Source: Emiliania huxleyi CCMP1516 (lineage: Eukaryota). From it: a DNA stretch of 64,000 bases. Positions 41,176-53,735 of this stretch are shown one piece after another. Under the pieces are notes generated by a model that did no database searches, was not told the DNA's origin, and saw only the letters and a list, made by a program, of their open reading frames with translations. Location of the stretch: positions 280,602 through 344,601 of the forward strand of contig NW_005201223.1 of assembly GCF_000372725.1 (NCBI RefSeq). Reading direction: 5' to 3'. The first letter of the stretch is position 1. Each line of letters opens with the position of its first letter. The position numbers and the translations under genes were made by a program.

Positions 41176-41560
41176 TTCTTTTTGCTTGGGGCGGCCAGCA
41201 TGCTGAAATTCTGGAAAAACCTGACCGGCCCCTGCGGTGCCCCTACCTACCTACCTACCTACCCTACTTGGGAAACTAAAAAAGAAATCACGGTATGGGT
41301 GAAGGTGGGGTACTATACCAACTAAAGTGATGGCTGGTGGTACTCTCCTGCAATCACAGTCCTTCCTGTGACATGGCAGGCCACTATCAAGCCCTACAAG
41401 CACCAGATCACCCACTTGGGGAGGGTTGACGTCGTGATTTTCGCCGAAAATTTCTTTTTTTGCTGTGAAATTCCGGCGTGAAGAGAGGGGAAAACCCAAA
41501 GGAAGGGCCCAGACCTACCCTACCTACCCCGGCATGCTGGCCGCCCCAAGCAAAAAGGAA
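41176..41560. mobile_element. MITE with about 28-bp TIRs
   Basis: ttctttttgcttggggcggccagcatgc / gcatgctggccgccccaagcaaaaaggaa; its left end has a reverse-strand relative at 18190-18272. Confidence 0.75.
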
Positions 41561-41864
41561 CGGGGCGAGCCCCCTCCAACCCACCCGCGCTAGGTCTCGG
41601 GGGACGAAGGGGTCACACCCGACGACCTCGGGAACTAACTAGCCGGGGCAGTCGGAGAAGTGGCAACTCCGTGCACTGACGGTCGGCCGTCAGAAAACAC
41701 GCCTCCGTGGCTCGGGTTACACCAATCCTCGCTACCCAACGCGGCCAAAGGATATCCACCTCGAGAACCTCGAGAATACACACCTGCAGGACGTCGAATA
41801 AAAATAGCGACCCTCTTCTGCTGCTTTGCCGCCCTCGCTTCCCGCTCCTCAAAACCAGACCTCA

Positions 41865-42521
41865 ATGCACAAGCGCAAGAGCCGCGGAACGCTGCTCGCC
41901 TCCGCCGGCCTCGCCGGCGAGCCTGCCCGATCTCCGCCTGGCGGCAGTGCCGCGCCGGCCGCGCCTGCGTCTGCCGCCTCCCCCGCCAAGCGCCCGAGGC
42001 CGCTCCCGATGCTGGCGGAACCGACTGCGCGGGGCGTGCCGCTGGCGGGCGGCGGAGGCGGCCGCATGGCCAAGAACTTCATCAACGACGCGCGCCATCC
42101 GTTCATCATCGTGCAGGACAAGTCGGGCCGGTACAAGCCGCTCTTCCACGAGTTCCGCCCCAAGGACGGCTTCTCGACGGTGCCGATGCTGATGCACGGC
42201 CACCCCGACGACACGCCCGGCGGCCACCTCATCATGTCCGAGTACGACGTGCACGTGCGCAAGCAGAAGGAGAAGCGCAAGGCAGCGCGCGCGGCCTGCG
42301 GCGACGACGAACTGCCGCGCAGGGAGCAGCGGCCAGAGAGGCCGGAGCGCGGCGGGCGGCAGGGAGGCGGCGGCGGCGCCTCGTCGAGCCAGGCGGGGCA
42401 GGGGGTATGGGCAGAGATCGACGAGGAGATCCGGAAGATCGGGCTGATGCGCAAGGCGCGCGAGAAGGCGCAGGCGGAGGAGGCGGAGCGCGAGCGGCTG
42501 CGGGCAGACGCGCGCGCAGGC

Positions 42522-42573
<52 letters not shown>

Positions 42574-44069
42574 TGCCGCCGCCGGCCGAGCCCGCGGGCA
42601 GTGGGCGGCGCAGTGACCGGCGCACGCGGGCGGTCGCTCGGCTGGGAGGCGCCTCGGACGTGCCCGTGCCGAGCGAGCGGGTCGACGAGCATGAGGACCA
42701 CCCGCGCCAGAGGCTCGACGCACAGCTGCGGCGGACGGAGAAGACGGAGCAGCCGCACGAGTTGCAGGCGCAGCAGGCGCAGCAGGGGCTGCAAGCGCAG
42801 CAGGGGCTGCAGGGGCTGCAGGACTGCCCTCGCCACGGGGAGGACCAGCCGCCCTCGAGGCCGAGGCGGACGCCCGCGCCACCTCCGCCGCCGCCGCCCG
42901 CGCCGCCCGCCTCGGCCTGCAAATCCGCGCCGCAGCAAAGGGCGCCCGGCTCAGTCGGAGAGAGGGGCGGGGCGGCGGCCGTGCCCCCGCGGTCGGCGAC
43001 GTCGCGAGCGCGCCAGCCGACTGCGCGGTTCGAGGCGGGGCCGGCGCCGCCGCCGTCCGAGCTGCGCAAGAGGCAGCGCGAGGAGCCGCGAGTCGAGGCG
43101 CGGGGGGCGGCGGGGGTGGGCGGGGCGGGTTGGGCGGGCGGGGCTGGCGGGGCGGGCGCAGGGTTGGGCGAGGGGGCGGCCGAGGGGGTGGCTGCGCCGC
43201 CCTCTGCTCCCGCGCCCGTGCAGAGCGGCGTCGGAGAGCGCGAGCGGCGGCAGCGCAAGGCGCCGTCGCGCTGGGCCGCCGACCCGCTCTCTGTCCTCAA
43301 CCTCGGGGGGAGGCTGTCTGAGCTTGAGCAAGCCCGCGCCAGGGGCGCCACAGCGCCTCCGCCGCCCGCCTCCGAGTCCTCGCCGGCGGCCAGTCGCTTC
43401 CCCGCCCTGGCCCCGACCCCGCTGGTGCCGCAGCAACTTTGCGCACCGGCCGACGCCGCCGCGGCGACGGCTGAGCTGGCGTCGGCGACGAAGGCGCCGG
43501 CGCCAGCGGGTTCGAGCCTCCTCCCTCGCTGCTCGAAGCGCGGCTCGCAGCCTGTGGTGCGGTTCGAGGCGGGGCCGGCGCCGCCGCCGTCCGAGCTGCG
43601 CAAGAGGCAGCGCGAGGAGCCGCGAGTCAAGGCGCGGGGGGCGGCGGGGACGGGCGGGGCGGGTTGGGCGGGCGAGGCGGACGAGGCGGACGAGGCGGAC
43701 GAGGCGGACGAGGCGGACGAGGCGGACGAGCGCCAAGGAGGGGGTAAGGTGGGAGAGGGGTTGGGCGAGGGGGCGGCGGCAGCAGGCTCGGCTGCGAGCG
43801 CGGGACACTCGGTGGCCAGCTTGGGCCAGGCGCTGCTCGACCGAGAGGCGCAGGAGGAGGCGGCGAAGGAGGCGGCGGCGCAGGCTGCCCACGACGAGGC
43901 GGCCAAAGAGGAGGCGCCGCCCTCTGCTCCCGCGCCCGTGCAGAGCGGCGTCGGAGAGCGCGAGCGGCGGCAGCGCAAGGCGCCGTCGCGCTGGGCCGCC
44001 GACCCGCTCTCTGTCCTCAACCTCGGGGGGAGGCTGTCTGAGCTTGAGCAAGCCCGCGCCAACGTGTGA
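41865..44069 (+). CDS. Low-complexity protein with Dbf4 motif-M-like segment and internal duplications
   Basis: HPFIIVQDKSGRYKPLFHEF...VPML; duplicated blocks 43025-43135/43559-43670 and 43194-43340/43914-44060. Confidence 0.55.
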
Positions 44070-44570
44070 CACGCCCGTCGATGGTAGCGAGTGAGCCGCG
44101 CGCCTGCTCCGCCGCCGCCAGTCACGTGTGCGGGTCTGCGGGGCAGCGGTGAGCACACACTTGCCACTTGGCTCTTGCGAGGCCCGAGGTCGCGGCATGC
44201 GGGGGGCTCGGCGGCGTGGCAGCCGCGTGGTCCCGACGCGAGACAGAGTCGGGAGGGGGCGCTCGAGCTCTCAGTCTCACTAACTCGCAGAGCGCGGCAG
44301 GTTGACGATGACCTTATCGTTATCCTTTCCATTCTACTCACAAACAAGAGCTACAAAACACAGGTGTATATGCCCGGCGTGCTGGACGAGACTCCACGCC
44401 ATCAACTCACATGACGCCCTCACACCCCGGCCCCTCCCCAAGAAATCGCGCCTGCGCTTGCCGTCGCCCAGTCTAGGGGCCTCCGCAGCCGCAGGACAAG
44501 CCCTCGCGCGCCCTGTGAGCATATGAGACCCTCGGGACTAGCGGGTCGAGGGGCGCGCACAGACCCAGCC

Positions 44571-45870
44571 TTAGGCCGAGTAGGGCACCGACGAGTGGTG
44601 GAGATAGATGCGCGGCTTGCCGTCGGCGCACCGCTTGTAGCCGAAGGTGTACTCGACCGTGGCCACGTCGCCGGTCGTGGCGCAGGTGAAGTCGTACGAG
44701 CCCATCGCCGTGGCCGTCTCGCCGTTGAGGTCGATCTGGTGGTTGGTAAAGACCACCTTGCTCCACCCCTTGCCGCCGTTGATGGCGAAGCCGGCGTCCT
44801 CGCCCTTGAACTCGTCGTTCTTCATCGCCTCGGCGCCCACAAAGTACGACATCGCCTCGGCGCCCGTCGCGCGGAAGGGGTGCTTGGTCGCCTTGGTCGG
44901 CTTGAAGAGCACGTTGTGGTGGCCGTAGCCGTACAGCTCTCCCGCCGCCTCGCCCGCCGCCGCGACAAAGTCGCCCTCCTCGAGGTAGACGGACGAGATG
45001 GACGCGATCGCGTTGGCCCACTTGGCCTGGCACTCGAGCACCTCCGCCTCGGTGACGGCCGCCGGCGCAGCCGAGTAGGGCACCGACGAGTGGTGCAGGT
45101 GGATGCGCGGCTTGCCGTCGGCGCACCGCTTGTAGCCGAAGGTGTACTCGACCGTGGCCACGTCGCCGGTCGTGGCGCAGGTGAAGTCGTACGAGCCCAT
45201 CGCGAGCGCAGTGTCGCCGTTGAGGTCGATCTGGTGGTTGGTGAAGACCACCTTGCTCCACCCCTTGCCGCCGTTGATGGCGAAGCCGGCGTCCTCGCCC
45301 TTGAACTCGTCGTTCTTCATCGCCTCGGCGCCCACAAAGTACGACATCGCCTCGGCGCCCGTCGCGCGGAAGGGGTGCTTGGTCGCCTTGGTCGGCTTGA
45401 AGAGCACGTTGTGGTGGCCGTAGCCGTACAGCTCTCCCGCCGCCTCGCCCGCCGCCGCGACAAAGTCGCCCTCCTCGAGGTAGACGGACGAGATGGACGC
45501 GATCGCGTTGGCCCACTTGGCCTGGCACTCGAGCACCTCCGCCTCGGTGACGGCCGCCGGCGCAGCCACCGACGCCGGCGTGAGCTCCTTGCCGATCGAG
45601 GTGGGAACCTGTCAGCAGCGGGCGTACCGGAATCAATCAAACGGCGACACGGCGACCGCTGCATCGGGAAGCATTGCGCACCACATTGCCGATGAGGTTG
45701 GATGGCACCTGGCCGATCCCAAGTGTGTCGCGGCTCGACCTGAGCGCGCTGCCAATCGATGTGTCCGATTTCCAGGCCATCATGTGCGGCGCGCTCGCGC
45801 GCGACGCAGCCGAAGTCAGCACGGCCGGGCGCGCATTCAGCGAGGGGGTGAGCAAGGTGAAGGATAACAT
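44571..45870 (-). CDS. Iota-class carbonic anhydrase with two tandem COG4337 domains and N-terminal targeting presequence; exons 45870-45709 and 45608-44571
   Basis: Two repeats of EV...Q..W...I, LYGY, VLFKPT, SYFVG, ED.GFA, AMG.Y.F, VEYTFGY and C-terminal HHSSVPY; splicing is in frame. Confidence 0.85.
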
Positions 45871-46821
45871 TTGCTGTGTGCCAGCTGCTGTGTGTCGAAG
45901 TCGCCTCTCCAAGCTTCTTCTTCTTTCGAAGATTTCTTTTTCTTACATTCCTAACCAACCTGAGTAGAGTAGAGATCTCCCTCAATCACTCAGACTAGCT
46001 TCGGGCAGCAGCCGCACCTCATCGACATCCTCCTCCCTCCTGGCTGCCGACTGGCGCGTCGTCGCTCTCCCGGCAGGAGCCAGCGGCCCCGCCTCTCGGA
46101 ACAGGCGGAGGTCGTGGCCTCTCTTCATCCTATGCGGAGGGGCCGTGGCCGACGACTCGTCGCAATTGAGCTCACCCCTGCGCGAGGGGGCCGTCCGCGG
46201 CCTCGAGGGCGCATCGCATGGAGTGCTCGGTCGCCTTTGGAGCTCCTCGCGCAAAGCCGACACCTCGTCGTGCAGCCTCCGCACCTCTGTGCGGGTGGCG
46301 TGGAGGCCAGCGTCGCTAGCTCGCTCCCGCGTGGTGCGCGTCAGCCTGACTCGCTCTGTTGGGCGGAGGGCGTAGGCCTGCGCCGTGGCCAGGCGCTCGC
46401 GTCCACCGTAGACCGTGCCATTCCTCCACCCGTCCACGGGCGCCGTGGCTAGGCGCTCTCCACCGTAGCTCCTCCACGGGGCAACTGTGCTGGGCGATTG
46501 CGATGCGGCTAGACGTAGATCTGGCCCGAGCGCGCTCTTGCCTGTCCGATCCTTGTCAAGGGGCGGGCCAGTGGCGGGTGGCGAGGAGGTCCAGGCGCCG
46601 CTAACGTGGCGGACGCCGGCCGCCGGGCTGCACGGGGTGGTCTGTGAGTCCGCAAGCGACGCTCTCGTCGTCTGGGTCAGCGTAGCGAACGAGCCTCCCC
46701 GGCCTGTCTCTTCCGGGAGGGGCTCCGCCTGCGCGGAGTGCACGCTCGGCTGCCGCCGTGCAGTCTCCGCTGCGGACCATCCGGCTCTGCCCTTGGCACT
46801 CGCAGAGCTGTCGAGCGACAG

Positions 46822-48789
46822 GATGCGGCAGCTGGGGGGCTCGAGCGCAGCCTCCCAGAGCGCAGTGTACTCGGTTGGCGTGTCCACGAGTCCCAGCTTC
46901 TCGGTCAAGGCCCCCTCAACTCCCGAATCTACACCGCGGCGTCCTGATCCCGATGCCGAGTCCACACCCAGCTGCCCCGGCGGCAGCGAACGCACCACCC
47001 GCGCGCCTCTGTCTGAGCATTTCGCTGAGAAGCTAGAGGCCGCGATGCAAGAGGTTTCGCTCGCCGCGAGCCGAGCAGCCACTGCGTCGCACCAGGCGGC
47101 GCAAGCCGCCCTTGCGTGCGAGCGTTTCACCAAAGCAGCAGAGGTGGCGCGGGTGGAAGCTGCTGCGGCAGCCGCAACTGCTGCTGCAGTCGCGCGAGCC
47201 GCCATGGCCAACTCCGACGAGCTCCCAGCCTCCCCGCAGCCGTCCATGACCTTCCGGCAGCGCCGAGGCTCGAAGCACCTCGACCTCATTCAGGACGCGA
47301 TAGCCGATCCGACTAACTCACAGACAAGTGACGCGCCGGCGACTGAAGCGGCTCGCACCTTTCGGAGGCGTCGCTCCTCAAAAGACTTGAGCGGCGAGCT
47401 TCCGATTGGAGCTACACGGCGTGGGCCCATGTCCTGGTCCGACGCTGTCGCGGGCGCCGTACCCGACGGAAGCAGTGGCGCCGAGCCGGAGACGTTCCAT
47501 GAGCTCCACTCGCCCGACAAGATGGACTGGCCCACAAAGCGGTGCTCTGCGACCGAGCTGGGCGAAGAGGCGGACGAGGCGGAGCTCCCGTTCGACCCCG
47601 CGCTGGTCTGCTCCTTCTCGTGCCACGGCATCGAGCCCTCGCCGCAGGGAACTGGCCAGCACAAGGTCTGCTGCCTCTCTCCGCCCCGCCTCTCGGCGTC
47701 CACTGCTGCCTCCGCTTCCGCTCTCTCGCACCGCCGCCGCGCTCACCACCGCTGCCTCACCACCGCAATTGCCCTCACCGCCACAAGGTAAACCAGGATT
47801 GCGCTTGCGTCTGCCATCCGTTTTGCTCCGACGCCGATTGCGCGCTGTTCTGCGTACTCGATGGGCATGGGGAGGATGGCAAGGCGGTGTCCGGGTATGC
47901 GATGGATATCCTCGTCGACGAGATTGAGCGGCGGCTGCTCGCGGACGAGGCGATCGCCGATGCCTTTAAGCGCGCATTCGAGGTGTTGAGGTCTCGCGGA
48001 AGGGGCATGATCTCCAGTCCTGGACCAAAGGCTCGCCTCCTCCTCTTAGGCGACCAATGAGGCGCTTCGCTTTGCGTCGGGGGTGAATGCGCGGGTCTCG
48101 GGGGCATGCGCGCTCGCGGTCCTGCTCCATGGCACGCGCATCTGGTGTGCGGGCGCGGGCGATTGTCGGGCGGTGATCGGCGCCGTCAACGATGCGGGAG
48201 ATTCCGTCGCCATCCGGTTCGCCCCTCTCGCCCTGTTGCGCACACGCACGCTGCGCGCGCGTGACGCATGACGGCCCCGAATGTCAGGCTTTCCGTCGAC
48301 CACCGGCCGACGGACCCAATAGAGCGTCAGCGAATCGAGGCGGCCGGCGCGGCAGTGTGGGAGGGGTGCGACGACCCGCAGCACGGCGTGGAGCCGGCGC
48401 GGGTCTACCGTGACCTCGGGCAGCGGAGCTCGGGACCGGGCCTCGCAATGTCGCGTTGCCTCGGCGACCTCGACGACGCCGATGCCGGCATCGTGCCGAC
48501 CCCGGCAGTGCGGTACTACGAGCTATCGCCTCAGGTGCCGCGCGACGGCCAGCGCGATCTCTTCCTCGTGCTGGCGAGCGACGGTGTTTGGGAGCACCTC
48601 AGCGACGAGGAGGTTGTGCGGCTCGTCTCCCGCTTCCACGCTTCCGGGCAGCCCGCCAGCGTGGCGTGCACAAACCTGATGGCCAGCGCGGCCATGTGCT
48701 GGCGGCGAGAGGAGGGCAACTATCGAGACGACATCACCGCCCTGGTGGCCTACCTGCCATGCATCGGCTCTTGTGGGCGGGGAGAGTGA
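46822..48789 (+). CDS. PP2C/PPM protein phosphatase, multi-exon; start uncertain
   Basis: VNQD, LFCVLDGHG, AGDCRAV, LSVDHRP, GLAMSRCLGD, LASDGVWE, DDIT. Confidence 0.9.
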
Positions 48790-49057
48790 TTGAGGGAGGA
48801 GTACGAGGAGATAGGAGGCGTGCAGCCGCACGAGCGCGCAGGCGGCGGCACATCGAGCGCGGACGCGCGGCGCAGCATGTAAAAGCTGCACACAAGTAAC
48901 TGCACGCGAGGTGTCTTTTTGATGTTGTAGTCTCCATGGCACCCACAGACGAAAGTTTTGGACAACGCGAGAGAGCGAGAGAGAGTGTGCGCGCGCGGGA
49001 TATGTGCATATGTACATTCCGACCGCCACCACACCAAACATGCCGCACACACGTGAA

Positions 49058-49829
49058 TCAGAAGAGCTTGGTCTTCGTGACGAGCTCCTGCGCGATCATG
49101 CCGGCGATGGCAATCATGGCGAGCCGGCCGTTGTTCAGCTCCTTCGTCTGCATCGCCTTGAACTCGGCCGGGTCAGACGGCGCCAGGCCGAGCGGGTCCC
49201 AGCGGCGGTTGTTGCTGCCCAGCGTGCCGGGCTCATGGTCGGCCCGGATCGCCCAGCCCTCGACGTTGGGGTCCTCAAACGTAAAGACGCTGAAGACCTC
49301 CAGGCTCGCAATCACAAACACGACGGCCGGCCAGAAGACCTGCAGCGGCGTCTGCTGGAACGCAACGTAGGACGGCACGTCGATGTTGCCGCCGAAGAGT
49401 GGGTGGAAGTTCTCACCCACTAGGAAGCCTGTGTGGCGCGGGAGGATGTAACGGCGAGGATTCGGTGAGGGCGCTGGCGCGGGAGGCGGCCTCACCAAGC
49501 GAAGCGAGCATCGCGACGCGGCCGTGCTTCAGCTCGACCTCGCGGTAAAACTTCACCTTGCCCAGGGTGGCGCTGCCGTCGGCGCCATTGTTGTCGCCGC
49601 AGAACCCTGCCGGGTCGAAGAAGCCGAGCGGGCCAGAGATTCCGGGCAAGGTTTGCACATATGCGTTCGGAGAGAAGTTGGGCGGGTCGGGAACCGGGAC
49701 GGTGTCTTCGACCACGGAAAAGACGGGAGGCGTGCTGTCGAGCGCCTTGGACGAGGGGTCCTGCAGGACGACGGCCGCGCGAGGAGGCGCGAGAGCGGTG
49801 CGCGAGAGCGGTGCCAGCGCGAGCACCAT
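49058..49829 (-). CDS. Light-harvesting complex protein, Lhcx/LI818-like; intron 49429-49495
   Basis: PLGFFDP, REVELKHGRVAMLA, ENFHPLFGG, AFQQTP, WDPLGL, QTKELNNGRLAMIA; N-terminal presequence. Confidence 0.93.
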
Positions 49830-50276
49830 GGTTGGAACTGAGTGGACGAGGAGTGAGAGGAGCAGGCGTGCCGGGAGTGAGAGGAGCAGGCGTGCCGGAT
49901 GACGCGTGCTGCAGTTTCGCAGAAAGGTCGCATTCGAGGTATGAAATTGAAACCTGTGCGTCTTGGGCCCGATTGTGTTTTTGCGTGAACTAACCTTGTA
50001 CAAGCGTAATGGATCGTTTCCCCCCAACGTGTCGCGAGAGAGGACGCGGTCTCTGGCCCTTTCTGCGAGAGTTCTTGTATTTTATAAAATGAACTCGGCG
50101 GCACGGGACGCGGCACAAACGGGGCACAAACGCCAGGCTACAAAGACGAGAGTTCTTGTCGTTTGGTGAGTCCGGCCCAACCCCCTCGTGTCGCGAAGCG
50201 CGCTCGCGCTCTTTCGCTGTCGCAGGCCGCGCTCTACAGCGAGTCTGGCGTACCCTCGCCACTCATCAGCACTGGC

Positions 50277-51857
50277 ATGCGAGCGAGCACGTCAGTATTC
50301 GCCGCCCTCCTCCTCTCCCTCGCCTCGCCCTCGCGCGCCGACCCGAACGAGCAGCGGCAGCGGCACCTCGCGCTGCGGCGGCAGCGCCGCTCGGGCGCCA
50401 GCGACCCGGAGCTCGCCGCGCGGTGCGAGAAGAGCGCTCGGTCGCCTCCGGCCGAGTGTCGGCGGCGGGCGCCGTGCGACCTGCGCGTCTTCGACCCGGG
50501 CCGAGCGTTCCACCGGGACGTCATCCTGCAGTCGCGCCCGCGCGAGTGGGCAAAGAACAACGTCGACGCGCCCAACCGCCACTTTCAGAACGGGATCGAG
50601 TGGTGGGTGCACCGGGCGCTGCCGCCGCCGGCCGGCGAGCGCAACGCGTCGGCGCTCGTCGGCGCGCGCCGCGTCTTCGTCGCGGCATACTTTTCGTACA
50701 TGTTCATCTTTGCGCCGCACAAGGTGCCCGCCGCTCTCTCTGCCATCGAGGCCGGCCTCGGGGCCGGCTGGCGGCGCGGAGGCCGGAACGTCGTCGCGCA
50801 CGGCCACCCCGGCGCCTGCGTCGGCGGGACGAGCGGCGCGGTCCGTTCTGCCGGCGGGCGGCTGCCGGTCGACCGCTGTCTGGTGGACTCAGGCGTAGCT
50901 TCTCCGGGACAGGTCCGGCTGCTTGTGGATGACTGCTCGTCGTGCGGCGGGTCGCGGCCGTACATTGCGGTGCCGCGCCGGCCTCCCCGCGAGGCAAGCC
51001 GCAGGTCGTGTCCACGACGCGTCCGCGACACGTCCTCCAGGTGCCGTATGTCGTCTCGCGGCCAGCGTGGCTCGTGGCGGCCGAGCCTCCGCCGGGCCGC
51101 AACCGGTCCATCCTCCTCTTCTTCCGAGGCCACCTGCCGCGCGTCTCGATCGAGTCGCGCTCTGTGCGGAGGACGATGCTCAAGGCTCTCGCCGGCCAGC
51201 CGGACGCCCTCGTCGAGGCGGCGACAGCGCGGCCGGGCTCCTCGGCCGCCACTCGAGCCTCTCACTCTTGCCGCTGACCGACGGGTCGACCTAGGCGGCG
51301 ACGGCGCGGCCGGGCGCCTCGTACGAGCCGCACGGCGACTACCTCAAAAAGATGCTGCGCGCCACCTTCTGCCTCTCGCCACGCGGCGACCCCTCCCCTC
51401 CTCGAGGCGGGCGCTCGAGCCTTCCCCGCCGGCGTCACCAGAGGCTCGCGGCCGGCTCTAGGCGACACGTCCTCCTCGAAGCGCACGTACGAGTCGATCG
51501 CGGCGGGCTGCATCCCGGCCAGCTCTCGCCGGCGGCGGCGCGTGCAACCGGCACAGCTCGGCCGCGCTCAGCCGAGATGTGCCGAGATGGTAGGTCATCA
51601 TCGCCGACGGGCTGCGCCTCCCCTTCGAGCGGTGGCTCGACTGGACTGCCTTCTCGGTCCGCGTCAAAGAGGCGTCCGCCCTCGCCGACCCGCTCTCGGT
51701 GCTCCGCACGCTGCGCGCCATCCCCGCGGCGCGGGTGGCGGCGATGCAGGCGGCGCTGCGCGAGGCACGGCCGCACTTCTTGTGGCACCTCGACCCGTCG
51801 CGCCCCAGCGCGGTGGACGCCATCCTCCGGGAGATGTGCGATGGGCCGCCGTCCTGA
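50277..51857 (+). CDS. Exostosin-family glycosyltransferase (GT47), multi-exon
   Basis: Signal anchor; VPY, LLFFRG, MLRATFCLSPRGDT.SSKRTYESIAAGCIPVII.D...LPF...DW..FSV. Confidence 0.85.
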
Positions 51858-52319
51858 CGGCGAGGGGGGGCACCGCGCAGAGCGGTGAGTGCCTGCAGCG
51901 CGCACAGCCCCCGCCGAACGCCCTGCCCGCGTGTGTCAAGTCGCTCGCGCGGCCGTCAAATCAGCTAGAGCTCGAGTTGGCTGTGTAATATATCAGTTAC
52001 TGTATCACCGAGATCGGACGGTGGAGTTAAGAAAGAAAGAAAACACACCCCGCAGGGCGGGGAGGACGGCACGCCGCCACCACACAGGGATTTTAAGGAG
52101 AGGTGTGTGATGCGCTAGCCGTCGCCCACCCTGGGGAGTCTGCCTCTTCGTATCTCTTTTCGCAGTCTCTCGCCGCTTCTCGGACGGTGGAGTGGAGAGC
52201 CTTACGGCAGCTCGACGGTTTTTTCCTTCCAGATCGGTGTTTCCGGTCTTTTGAAGCCCCCGGGGGGGCGCATCCGCATTCGTACGCGCGGCGCCGGCGC
52301 GCACACGGCGCGACGCGAC

Positions 52320-53735
52320 ATGACAGAGACGCCGACGTGGATCCGACGGGCCGCTTCGGGGCTTCGCGAGCCCGAGGCACAGCGCCGCATGCCGCTTGGC
52401 GACCTGCCCCCCACCCCGAACACCATGTTCGAAATGATGCGGAGCATGCAGGCAAAAATTGGGTTGCTGGAGCAGCGTAACCAGGTCTTGGCGGCGTGCG
52501 CGGGTGTGGCGAGCGACGGCCCGGCGGTCAGCAACGCGACCAAGATTCAGAAGTCGTGGAGGCGGTTTTGCGCCGTGCGTGTGCTGCGCCATGCTTGTAC
52601 GAGTGCAGCTCTCATCCAGAGCGTATTCCGCGGGCTGCACCAGCGCAAGGTTTTCCGCGCGCACAAGGAGGCGGCTGTGACACTTGAGGCCGCCGTTCGG
52701 CGCCGCCTTTGCACGCGTGAGTATACGCGCAAAGTATGGGCGACGGTGCGGCTCCAGGCGACGAGCCGGCGCCGGAGCTGCTGGCGCTCGCTGGCTGCTG
52801 CCCGCCTCGCGATCACGCGTCTGCAGGCGCGCGAGCGAGCTCGCTCGACCAGCCGCGACTTTCAGCGCCAGCGCCAGTCGGCAGCAGTGATCCAGTCACG
52901 GCTGCGGTGCTATGCGACGGAGGTGCTTCACAACGAGCACGTAAGCAAAACCTCGCTCATCCTCACGTCGGTCAAACAGCGCGAGGAGATTTGCCACCTC
53001 CGACGCTTGCTCTCAGTGGCGACGCAAGCGAATGTGCAGCTCAACAGTGTCGTCTCAAAGCTGGAGCCGGAGGCTACGCATCTCCGCGAGGAGAATAAGC
53101 GCCTCGCTCGCACGGCAACCGCGGCTGCCTCGGCCTTCGCGCTGCCCGCCGCCTCGGCCTTCGCGCTGCCCGCCGCCTCGGCCTTCGCGCTGCCCGCCGC
53201 CTCGGCCTTCGCGCTGCCCGCCGCCTCGGCCTTCGCGCTGCCCGCCGCCTCGGCATCGCCAACCGTCGCCACAGCCACAGAGGCGACGTTTCACCTCAAC
53301 AAGCAGCTCAAGGAGCTGGAGGAGGAGGAGGAGGAGGAGGAGGCGCCGCAGACATGGACCGAGATGCTGGAGGCTAAGTACTCGAACGAGGTAAAGGACG
53401 ACAGCGACGAGGACTACGACTACGACTTTGACCAAAAGCTCGAGGAGGCGAGGGCGGAGGAGGTGCTCGAGTATGAGAGCGACGAGGAGTGCTTTGGAGC
53501 TCAGCTTCGCGCACTCGTCGAGGACGGATTCGAGTTGGACCAGAGCGGCTTCACCATCGAGCAGATGAAGGACGCGATGCATGCGATCGGCATTTCAACC
53601 GCTGGCATCATCGGTCCAGGCGGCACGCCAGACAGGCAGGAGCTGATCACGCTGGTAAAGCGCACGATTGCGGCACGGTCGACGGAGGAGGTCGGCGACG
53701 CCGTGATGGGTGACTTTGAGGCTGACGAGGCATGA
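52320..53735 (+). CDS. IQ-motif repeat protein with coiled coil and acidic C-terminus
   Basis: KIQKSWRR, IQSVFRG, LQATSRR, LQARER, IQSRLR; five 24-bp PAASAFAL repeats at about 53126-53250. Confidence 0.7.
   Translation: MTETPTWIRRAASGLREPEAQRRMPLGDLPPTPNTMFEMMRSMQAKIGLLEQRNQVLAACAGVASDGPAVSNATKIQKSWRRFCAVRVLRHACTSAALIQSVFRGLHQRKVFRAHKEAAVTLEAAVRRRLCTREYTRKVWATVRLQATSRRRSCWRSLAAARLAITRLQARERARSTSRDFQRQRQSAAVIQSRLRCYATEVLHNEHVSKTSLILTSVKQREEICHLRRLLSVATQANVQLNSVVSKLEPEATHLREENKRLARTATAAASAFALPAASAFALPAASAFALPAASAFALPAASAFALPAASASPTVATATEATFHLNKQLKELEEEEEEEEAPQTWTEMLEAKYSNEVKDDSDEDYDYDFDQKLEEARAEEVLEYESDEECFGAQLRALVEDGFELDQSGFTIEQMKDAMHAIGISTAGIIGPGGTPDRQELITLVKRTIAARSTEEVGDAVMGDFEADEA

Noticed and set aside
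41849..44347. 832-aa minus-strand ORF and many similar long overlapping ORFs
   Set aside because: Antisense shadows of GC-rich coding sequence or microsatellite translations with no domain motifs.
45982..46900. Minus-strand ORF with a short coiled coil overlapping the PP2C 5' region
   Set aside because: Could be a real small gene, but no start or domain can be supported and it overlaps the opposite-strand ORF.
28091..49829. Functional cluster of COG0523, iota-CA and Lhcx
   Set aside because: Separated by unrelated genes and repeats; no evidence of co-regulation from sequence alone.
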